In this document: positions 19,708 through 29,800 of the stretch, piece by piece
Layout: every line of letters starts with the position of its first letter
Numbering within the stretch: the stretch's first letter is position 1
Virus record (IMG/VR): IMGVR_UViG_3300030329_001316
Span: 1 to 56,748 of that record
Length of the DNA stretch: 56,748 nt
Origin: a virus
Lineage: Duplodnaviria; Caudoviricetes
Strand: one strand, 5' to 3'
Program-made: the position numbers and the translations under genes
The notes under the pieces: generated by a model
The model's input: the letters and a program-made list of their open reading frames with translations, nothing else
Told to the model about the DNA's origin: nothing
Databases searched by the model: none

Positions 19708-20189
19708 TGCCAAGTATATGGGAAACATTAGATGCTTCAAGTAATGCTTATACAGAAGCTACTACTCAAGAAGATTGGAAGCAACTTTTAAGTCCTCTCT
19801 TTGGTGGTGATGGTGGTGTTAGTTGGGGCGATTTCTGGTCAGATCATAAGGAAACGTTTTTAAACCAATTTAATTATGAAAAGACTATGGGAGCTAATGA
19901 GGATTTAGCAAGAAGAAGTTACACTAAAGGTTTAGAAAGTTATACTAGTCAAATGTATGACAAAATACAAGGACAAGGTAGAGCTAGAGGAAGAACTGGA
20001 TTTGCTGGTTCAGGTACAGGTTTAGGTTTACAAAAAAATACAGGTAATCTTTGGTCAGATTATCAAGAAGGTTTAATGAAAAGAAAAAATGATTTAAATT
20101 CTCAAATCTTAGGATACGGAGAAGATTTTAAAAGTGATGTATTAAATTATGTTAATCAATTATCTGCTGCTGGCGTATTTGAGGGATAG
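19707..20189 (+). CDS. Putative internal virion protein, paralog 1
   Basis: Shares GxxGFAG motif and C-terminal 'LxxxGxFE' with 20198..20893. Confidence 0.45.
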   Translation: MPSIWETLDASSNAYTEATTQEDWKQLLSPLFGGDGGVSWGDFWSDHKETFLNQFNYEKTMGANEDLARRSYTKGLESYTSQMYDKIQGQGRARGRTGFAGSGTGLGLQKNTGNLWSDYQEGLMKRKNDLNSQILGYGEDFKSDVLNYVNQLSAAGVFEG

Positions 20190-20197
20190 GAGAATAT

Positions 20198-20893
20198 ATG
20201 GCTAGAAATGAACCATTATTTGGAGATATAAAAGCTAAAAGAGGTGCTAGTCAGAAAATAGGTTCTGATATTGCATGGTCTGCCCTTCTTGAAGGTGTTG
20301 AAGGAGGTCAAGGTGGTGCTTATGGTGGATATATTCCTGGATTAGATCCAGCAGATTATACTGAAGAAGGTGGACACCCAATGTACTATCAATCAGATTT
20401 TGCAAACTGGGGACAAACTAATCCAAACTCTACAATTGATTTTGGTTCAGTAGCTATTGGATATGATCAGGCACAGAATATATTAAATAACCCAGCATTT
20501 GCAACTTATTATAATCAATTTGCAGATCAAAGTGCTGGCGCTGGAGCACCAGCTCATTGGTGGAACCAATACGGTAAATATTTCAAAGGTTTAGACAAAC
20601 CAGGTATATCAGAAGCTATAACCAAAAGAAAAGGTGCGATAGAAACTGAAGAATTAAGAATGAAAGCTTTAGATAATATAGAAAAAACTGGAGGTTTTGC
20701 AGGTAAAAGGGGATTTGCTGGAGACAGTGGTTTAATTAAAGCTCGAAAATCTATGCAGGAGGAAGCTATTAGGAGAAGTGATTTATCAAAACTAGGAGTT
20801 GAGTCATCTCTATGGGATGTCCATCAAAATTATATGTCTAATATGTATGATCAATTTGCAGCATTAGCAGGAGTAGGAGCGTTTGAGGATTAA
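20198..20893 (+). CDS. Putative internal virion protein, paralog 2
   Basis: See 19707..20189. Confidence 0.45.
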   Translation: MARNEPLFGDIKAKRGASQKIGSDIAWSALLEGVEGGQGGAYGGYIPGLDPADYTEEGGHPMYYQSDFANWGQTNPNSTIDFGSVAIGYDQAQNILNNPAFATYYNQFADQSAGAGAPAHWWNQYGKYFKGLDKPGISEAITKRKGAIETEELRMKALDNIEKTGGFAGKRGFAGDSGLIKARKSMQEEAIRRSDLSKLGVESSLWDVHQNYMSNMYDQFAALAGVGAFED

Positions 20894-20895
20894 TT

Positions 20896-22431
20896 ATGGC
20901 TAGATATCGTGTACCACAAGATATATATGGAGATCCTTTTAGTCAAGCTTTAGCAAGACTTGAAGAAACTGCTCGTGATGTATTTATTGATGAGCGTCAA
21001 AGAAAGGCAGATGCTGAAAGAGAATATAGAGCTACAATGGCTAATGTTATGATGAAAAATGCTCCTCATATTAATTGGTCTTCATTTGGTAACATGGTTG
21101 AAGATAACAATGCATTTCAATCTGGAGCAAATGTATATCAAGATTGGCTAACAACTGCAAAAGGTGGAGCTAATTACATTCCTGATGGTTCTGTTATATC
21201 ATCAACAGCAGCTAGTGATTTAAGTCCAGGCATCGATAAACCTTATGTTGATAAAACAGGTTTAGGAGTTACTAGTGAAGATGTTCTTATTATGGAGCAA
21301 TGGATTACTGGTGAAGGTGATCAAGCCAGAGGTATGGGATGGGATGGATTAATCAATCAAAAAGATATTGATGGAAACTATGTTATAGATGATGGTGATT
21401 TATTTGAACTTATGGATTTGGGTTTGGTAAGAGAGGGAGAAACATGGGAAGAAGCTAGAGATAAAATTAAAACAAGATGGGGCTGGTGGAAAAGTTCTTA
21501 CATGAGAGATAATGAATCTTTCCAAGGTATTAATGAATATGCTCAAATGGAAGTTGATGAAAGTAATAGAAGGACAGCAGCTAAAAATGAGTTAATAAAT
21601 AGTGATCCAGATTATTCTACAAATCAACAATATTTAAGCAATTTAAATGGTGTTTTACAAGGAGCTGTATTACAAAACTTTAAAGTTAAAGTTGAAGATG
21701 AAGACGGAGAAACACAAAATATTCCTACAGATTTTTATACAAACATAGCAATACCAGCTGGAACTCAAGTTTCTATAAATGGTGAAGTTGAAACTATTAC
21801 TCAATCAACTGTTTTACCTAATATATCAGTTTCAGATTTTAATCAAACTTTACTAATTAATCAGGCTCCTGGTGGTAATACAGATTGGGCTATAGGTGCA
21901 AATGAACTTAAAAAACTTACAGCTGTATCAACAGTTGAAGATTTAGTTAGATTTGCTACACCTTCATCTAGAATAGGTGGTCAAAGACCTTTAGATTTAA
22001 TAGGTAAAATTAGCCCTGCTATTGTGCAGGCAGCTAATAGTGTTATTCAAAAAGGTATATCTAATAAAAACAAAGAAAAGGATTATGGTGTAGACAATTA
22101 TAGAAGTATATCGGAATTAAGGCAAGAGAGCGTTAATGCTGCTATAGCTATGGATGGTATTAGGTTTTTAAATACAGATATAGGCGCAGATAATCCAGAT
22201 ATGGGTCATCCAGGTATGATACAAGCATTTGCTAGAGATATACAAGAAGGTACTAATTTTGCAACTTCTGGTCCAATGATAAAGAATTATGCTATAGACT
22301 TAGCTTTAAAAATACAAGACCAAGATGCTAGTGTTCATGAACAATGGATTTATAATTACTTAAGAAGTCTTTCTGCAACAGGCTCTATAGAAGAAGGTTT
22401 ATTTAATCATTTAAGAAACTTTGGGCAGTAA
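20896..22431 (+). CDS. Putative internal virion/ejection protein
   Basis: Position in the ejection block; N-terminal coiled coil. Confidence 0.45.
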   Translation: MARYRVPQDIYGDPFSQALARLEETARDVFIDERQRKADAEREYRATMANVMMKNAPHINWSSFGNMVEDNNAFQSGANVYQDWLTTAKGGANYIPDGSVISSTAASDLSPGIDKPYVDKTGLGVTSEDVLIMEQWITGEGDQARGMGWDGLINQKDIDGNYVIDDGDLFELMDLGLVREGETWEEARDKIKTRWGWWKSSYMRDNESFQGINEYAQMEVDESNRRTAAKNELINSDPDYSTNQQYLSNLNGVLQGAVLQNFKVKVEDEDGETQNIPTDFYTNIAIPAGTQVSINGEVETITQSTVLPNISVSDFNQTLLINQAPGGNTDWAIGANELKKLTAVSTVEDLVRFATPSSRIGGQRPLDLIGKISPAIVQAANSVIQKGISNKNKEKDYGVDNYRSISELRQESVNAAIAMDGIRFLNTDIGADNPDMGHPGMIQAFARDIQEGTNFATSGPMIKNYAIDLALKIQDQDASVHEQWIYNYLRSLSATGSIEEGLFNHLRNFGQ

Positions 22432-23828
22432 TGACTAGATTTAAATTTAGCAAAAAAGAAGTAAAGTATAATGATTTCTTAAAAGATAGCAAAGAAACTG
22501 AGATTAGAGACAGTATATTATCTTCAGGTATTGTAGATACTATCAAAACAGATCCTGGTTCATTAGAATTTTATACAGATTCATCAATAAAAGACGATAA
22601 ATCTCTAGACAATAGAATAATCAACAGTTTAACTGAAAGTTTTTATAGTAATATATCACAAGATGCAGCTAGACAAACTATAAAAGATTATGATCTAATA
22701 CATCAAGTTATTAAAGATGATCCTGGATTATCAAGTTATTATAATCAATATAATAATCTTAAGTCAGAATCAAAACTGTTAGACAAACAATTGAAAAGTT
22801 TTACATATACTCATGAAGATTTATGGTATCATGGTTTTGAAGATAATTCAATAACCTTAGAAGAGTATGACAAAAGAAGAGATAAATACGCAAAAGATGC
22901 GGAAAAATTAAAGAATCAAGCTCAACAAAAGTTTAATTATATAATGAAAGTTCTAACTAGGGAAGGTGCTGATCCTACTGCTGCAAGATGGTTTTATAAA
23001 ATGTATAATACTAGTGGTGGCACTATAATGCCTGATAATTTTTTATACGCCAATCCTGAAGTCCATGAAAAACTGATGGGCAATTGGGATTTTAAAATTT
23101 GGAATCCATTTACATGGGATTTGTGGGATCCAAGAAAATGGGATAATGATCTTCATGAGGGTGTAACTAATATAATGGGCCCATCTATAAATAGAAAAAC
23201 TGGTGAGTTGCAATGGAAAGATACATTTATGCCTGCTGGTCAATTTCCAGGCGGAGATAATGCTAAAGCACATTATAGTTATGTTACTAGAAACATGGAT
23301 GAAGCTACTTTAAAGGTGTTTAATGATTTTATGATGATACATGGAGACTATGAAAAAATTACTGAAGATTTTAATAATTTTAATCAAATGATGGGAAATG
23401 TTGGTAATGAAGGCTTACAGGTTAATATTCCTAGTGTAGATTTTTCTGGAGGATATGGTTCTGTATATTTTGCTTTATTACATGATAAAGAGGGTGTAGA
23501 TATTAGTGGTGGTACTTTAACAATAGAGCCAAGTCAAAAAAATGCAGCTTACAAAATAGCTCAAGATTACGATGAAAATAGAAAACAAATTAATAATTTA
23601 AAATCAGAGGCTAATTTATATATTAAAGATGCTTTAAATGTAGACATAGATAAAGAGTCTATAAGTTTAGGGCTTCTTTATACATTTGAAGAACTGTTAG
23701 ATGAAATGGATAAATCTTTTGATAAAACAAAAAGTTACTATGTAGACGAAATAGGTCTTGACCCTAAATTGGTAGATCTATGGTACCAAAATTTAAAAGC
23801 AGGTAATTTTTCAGATATTAACAAGTAG
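22431..23828 (+). CDS. Putative internal virion/ejection protein
   Basis: Helical/coiled-coil pattern; directly before the giant gene. Confidence 0.45.
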   Translation: MTRFKFSKKEVKYNDFLKDSKETEIRDSILSSGIVDTIKTDPGSLEFYTDSSIKDDKSLDNRIINSLTESFYSNISQDAARQTIKDYDLIHQVIKDDPGLSSYYNQYNNLKSESKLLDKQLKSFTYTHEDLWYHGFEDNSITLEEYDKRRDKYAKDAEKLKNQAQQKFNYIMKVLTREGADPTAARWFYKMYNTSGGTIMPDNFLYANPEVHEKLMGNWDFKIWNPFTWDLWDPRKWDNDLHEGVTNIMGPSINRKTGELQWKDTFMPAGQFPGGDNAKAHYSYVTRNMDEATLKVFNDFMMIHGDYEKITEDFNNFNQMMGNVGNEGLQVNIPSVDFSGGYGSVYFALLHDKEGVDISGGTLTIEPSQKNAAYKIAQDYDENRKQINNLKSEANLYIKDALNVDIDKESISLGLLYTFEELLDEMDKSFDKTKSYYVDEIGLDPKLVDLWYQNLKAGNFSDINK

Positions 23829-23833
23829 GTAGT

Positions 23834-26800
23834 ATGAGTTACTTAGACGCATTAAATACACTTGAAACGCTTCAAGATAATCAATCAAATGCTCCAATTG
23901 ATAATTGGACACCTCAATCATACTTTCAACAAGAAGGTTATGACACTAGCGCTTATGATCAATTATTGGCAGAAGGTAGAAGTGCTGGTGATAATATAAC
24001 AGATTTTGTTGGCTCTGCTTTATGGAACATAACAGATATGGCAACTTTTGGTATGGCTGATTATTTTAATCTTGATCAAGCTATTATGGGTGGTGAGTTT
24101 GAAGATGTATTTACTGATGATACTTATTCAGAAGCAGAAAAATTAGCATTTGGAGGTGGACTGCCTAGCACTGCATCATCTTATGGAGCATCTGTAGGTA
24201 CTGTAGCATCATTTATGCTTCCATTTAAATATCCAAAAATACCTGGTGTTGCTACTAGAATACCTGTAGCTCCTCAAGCTATTACAGGTCAATTTGTTTC
24301 TCAACCTGCAGCAAGAGGCGTTGCTAGAATGCTACCTGAAAATTGGTTTAAAGGTGGTGTAGGTATTAAAGGGGTTACACCTGTTAGTCAGGCTAAAAAA
24401 GCTACAGAAATATCTAAAAAAGCAGGACTTGAAGGTAATATAGCTGCAAATAATTTCAACCAACAATTAAGTAGAGGATTATTTGATAAAGTTTCAAGAG
24501 CTAGATATGATAAAACTATCTCTAATCCTGCTAATTTTGTTAAGGGAGCTAAAGATTTTATAGAGGAAGCAGTCGCTCAAAAAATTAGACAAGGTGTTAT
24601 TACTCAAAAACAAGGTAAAGCCATGGTTGAAATGTGGTCTAAGTATTACAGCAAAAGGCCTATACAGGACTTTATTGATGTGTTTTCAACAAGATTTCCT
24701 GGTACTACAGGGTGGGGTCTAGGTTCAATATTTCATGAGGCTTTAATGTTTGGTTCTATGGATGGTATAAGAGAAAGATTTCATTCTTGGGATGAAGATA
24801 GACCTTATGATTTTCATGCTCCTGCGCATGGTGCTGGATTAGGTGCTGCATTTGGTGGTATGAAATTAGTTTTACCTAAGTTAGGTTTAGGTTTTACTCA
24901 AGCTTCAGCTAAATCAATGTTTGGTAAAGACGCTTTAGGAAGATCGGATTTTAGAGCTGGTATGTCAGCATATTGGAAACCTGAAAAATTATTAAAAGAT
25001 AAAAGTTTACATGAATTAAGAACTATGTCTAAATGGTTTGGTAATGATAAAAGGTTTGGTGTTGATGGGGTATATTCAGCTAAAATAAAGATAGATAATG
25101 TATCAATGAACTTCAATTTTTCTAGACCTCAAGCTGAAGCTCGTAGATTTTTAAGAAAACTGGGTTTAGAAGTAACTGAAGAAAATCAAAAATTTATAAT
25201 AAAAGAAGCATTAAAACATCAAGGAAAATCATTAGGTAGAGATATGATGAAAGCAGCATTATCAGAAAAATGGAACTCTTTATCTTTTGTTCACGCTGGT
25301 GTAGGTAGTGCAATAATGAATTGGCAAGAATTAGGTAATTTATATCAAAATGGTTGGGATGGAGTAAATAAACAAGACTTTTTATTTAATATGATTCTTG
25401 GTGGTTGGTTAAATAGACATGGTTACGCAAGAAGAAAAGATTATAATGAAGCTAGAATGAAAAGATTAAGGTTTGGTTTAGAAAACATGGGTGTTAATAT
25501 GAAGTATTTAGGAGAGGTTATTCCTTCCTATAGTGCTGCTAGAGACAATCATATGGATCCATTTAGTTATGATACAAGACTAAAGAGAATAGCTGAAAAA
25601 ATGGACAATATGGGTATGTCTGTAGAGAATATTGAAAATATAAACAATCCCTTACCTTTAGGTGAAACTAGTGTTGCTTTTTCTAAAAGAGATTTATCTT
25701 TATTTAAACAAATATATAAGTTATATGCTATGTCTGGACAAAAGAAAGGTGTTGCTAGAGAATATGAGAATATATCAGAAAAAGATGCATTAGAAATACA
25801 GCGTACATTTCAAAAAGAATTTGGTGTAAAAACTTTATATGGTGCTCAAGAAATATTTTTAAGTACTGTTAATAAAGCTGAAGATGCTATGACAGAATCT
25901 ATTGTAGCTACTGGTGCTGAAATTTTAAACAATAAGAAAAAAGGTATAGATATTAAGCCTGAATCTAGTATTGTTCCTAAAGAAATTAATGTTGATTGGA
26001 AACTTCAAGAAGCTATTGAAACAGGTAAGTTTGACCATATTATAGGGGAAGGTAAAAAGAATTTAACTGAAGGTGAAAGAGTAGAGATATTAAATGAAAT
26101 GGATATGGCTGTTAATGAAATTAGAAATTTTATAGTTGAAAATCAAAGATTAGATGGAAGAAATATATCTAAAGAACCTTTTTATATAGATAAGAGTAAT
26201 TTTGAAAGTATTTATCAAGCTGTAAAAGGTAATGAAAGATTAGTTCAAGAAAAGATGGGAACCTCTAGTGTTAAATTTAGATTCTCAGATATGTTTGGAA
26301 TGGCTCAACAAATCAATATTGCCAAAGGTAAGAAAATGATTAACAATATTATTAATCAATTCAATAAAAATGTTAATCCTAATTGGAGCGAAATAGAGGC
26401 GGAGATAATTAAGTCTGGACTTTTTAAGAAAGATGGAATAAAACAAACCATTATTAAAGATATGTCAACCTTACCTATCATTGATGGAAAAACTTTAGTT
26501 GATAAGAATGGTGACACTTCTAGATTAAACGAATTGCAATTATTTAGAAACTTTATTAATCAAATATTAGCTGCTCAAGGTTATCCTGTTTCTGAGAATA
26601 TTAAAAAAGCTGACGGAAAATACGAGCATACAACTACCGTTCAACAGTTAACAGATTTAAAGAATTACTTAAAAAGTAAAGGTATTCCTGTAGATGCAAG
26701 ATTTATAGATACTATAGGTCATGAAGTTATTTTTGATATTGTAAAAAGAAATGTAGAAGGTAGTCAACTTTCTATGGGGGATTTAAATTTTGTTATGACA

Positions 26801-29800
26801 TTTAATACTGCTTTAGGTAGGCAAACTAATGAAACTGAAATGGTATCTTTATCTGAGTTCAGCCCTATTAAATCTGATAAAGCAAATGGTTATACTGTTA
26901 GGTTGCTTGAACATTCTCATCTTGGGCCTACAGAAAAAGCTGTTGCTCAAGCTTATAATCAGAGAGTTAGGGAAATTCATAGAAATTCAAAAACTGAATT
27001 AGCTGGAAACTTAGTTAACTTAAATGAAACTAATAGGATTTTCTTTAGAAATAAAGAAACTTTTAAAGTTATAGAGCAGAAGATGCAAAATGCGGACGCT
27101 ATGTCTAGTGAATCAGCTAGAAAAATATTAGTAGATGCTATTAATGCTATTGAAGGTTCAAGTACCTTTAAAGATATATTAGGTAATATAAGTTCTGATA
27201 ATTACAAAGATCCAGGAGCTAGAAAATACTTATCTCAATTGTTATCTCAAATGGATATACTTAAAAAAGTAAATAGAAATGGTCAGGATATTTGGACTAT
27301 TGATCAAACTAAAATTGATAATAAAAAAACAAGAGAAGAAATTTTAAAGTCTTTAAGAAATTATGGTGTAAACTTTAATAAGATAGAGCAAATAGTAGGT
27401 AATGCTAGAAAATATATTGATGAACAAATAGGCAGTCAAATAGGTTATTATGGAGATAATTCAGGTATAACTATTGATGGTTTCTTTAAAAAGTATTTTG
27501 CTAAAGATAGCCCTTATAACACAGATGTCGAATATGATTTAGTTAGAGATAATTTTATAAAGAATAAACTATATAATGATCCCATTGGTGAAAAGCCAGG
27601 TGAATTAAATAAAGACTTCTTTAGAGAGATTACTGATCGGTTGTCTTATAAAGAGGCTGACACTTTTAACGAATTATCTTGGTCTAAAAAAGGTGAAGTT
27701 GTTAGAGACGTTATGCAAATAGTTGATAACTATACTCAGTCAGAATCTTTTGAAGTATTTACATTCAATAGAGGTAATTTTGAAGCCAACAAAGTGAAGA
27801 AAAGTGGGTTTAGAAACCCATTAACAGACTTTTATTCAGAAATGGAATTGGGTATGCTCGGTTATTTAGACGGAGTTACATTTGCTGACATTGTTATTGC
27901 AGACAATTTTAAACCTTTGCAACGTATCGATATATTTGAAGCTAAGGCCAATCAAGAATTACTAGACCCTAAATTAATAGATATAAGAAACGAAAGAATA
28001 AAGGCTGTAAATAAAGAAATAGACGCTAAAAATATGTGGAAGTTTGTTTTAGGCAACTCTAAACAAGTTGTTTTATTTCCCAAAAGTAATTATAAAGAAA
28101 TCAATGAAGCGTTTAAAGAAGTTTATAAAAGAAATGTAAAAGATTTAGTAGACTCAAATGGAAGACCAAGATTAGGTTTTGAAAGAGCATATGATAAATT
28201 AGAAGCGTTACATAATAGAGTTTTAAAATCAACCGAGTTTGATTTAAATGTTCATACAGAAGCTTTAAGAGTTATGATTTTTGATAAGTTTTTAAAAGGT
28301 AGCCAAAGAAATGATTTTGTTAAATACTTAAATGCTGGTAAAGATGGTACAATAGAGAAGATAGTAAAAAGATTTAATTTAATATGGACTCCTTCTGCGA
28401 AAAGAACTTCTAGGGAACATTTGGAAATTGTTAGAGATTTCGTAAAGAATAATAATGTTTTTTCAGCTAAAGATAAAGTTATTATGGATAAGTATTTAGG
28501 TAGAGAACCTGGGAAAGAATATGGTGTTGCAGTAATAAATGATGTTGATCCACAATTTACAGCTGGAGAATCTTATACTAAAACATATTCTCAACAAGCT
28601 CAGTTTGAATCTTTTGTTAATAAGTATAAAAAAATGTGGAAAGACAATGGTATTAAACCACCTGAGTTTTCTGATTATACTGGAAATGCTAAAGAAGTTT
28701 CAACTTATGATAGTATAACCTTTATATCTAAAGATTTAGCAAGGTTTTTATCAATTGTATCAGGTAATAAGAGTAAGAGCGTATTTAAGCCTATTGTAAG
28801 CTCTTATGGTGAAAATACATACCTTTTTGGAAAGACTGTATTTGTGTATGACCCAAATCTAAATCCTTTATTTTCTAAAAGAGCAAATAGAGACCTTGAT
28901 ATGATCATGATGGGTACTGCAGATAAATTAAAATCTTTCTCTGAAAATTATTCAGAACTTACCCCTCAGGAATTACTTGATGGTGCAACAGTTAAAAACA
29001 TAATGAATATTCCTTTAGAGTCAGTTGGTATAGTTAAAGTTCCAGATAAAATAATACCTTCTAAACTTTCTGTAACAATACTACAAAATCAAATGAATGA
29101 TGCTGAAGTTAATGCTGTATATAAAGATTATCATAAGAGAGATTTAGAGAACGCAGTTGATATGATTAATGAGGTTTTAAGTAGGCCTTCATTTGAGGCT
29201 GAAGCTTTAAAATTATTAAGAGGCATGTCTGAACAAGATATGTATGAAATGATTTCTAATGGTGGGGCTGGTGAGCAGTTAGGGACTCTAATGAGTTATT
29301 TATCTATAGCTGGAGAATATGCTAGACCTTCTGCTATGGGGCCTGATATGCTTATGAATCAACTTAAAAAAGGATTAATTGATCAAGCTCTTGCTCCTTA
29401 TACTCAAAAAGATAATTCTACTGTTAAGACTAATTGGGGTCAAAAAATGGTACTATCTAAATCACCTTTTTATGAAGGCGCTAACGCTTTAGATCCAACT
29501 ATGGTTTCTAGTGATGGAAGAATTATATCTTTTGGAGAAACAGTACTAGCTCATTCTGCTAGAGGAGGTAATATTGAATTTGATGGTGCTAAGAAGATAT
29601 TTCTTAGAAGTAATAAAATGGAAAATGGTGAGTTTAAAAGTATTCCTGCAAAAGAAAAGGTAATTGAAATTGTTGGAAAAGAAATGGGTGAATTAGTTTG
29701 GAATAAAATGGCTCATGCTGAAGGGGATGCTTTAGGACAATTATTTGATTTTATAAAAGTTGCTGCTCCTGATTATCAAATTGAAATTCAATTTTTAAGA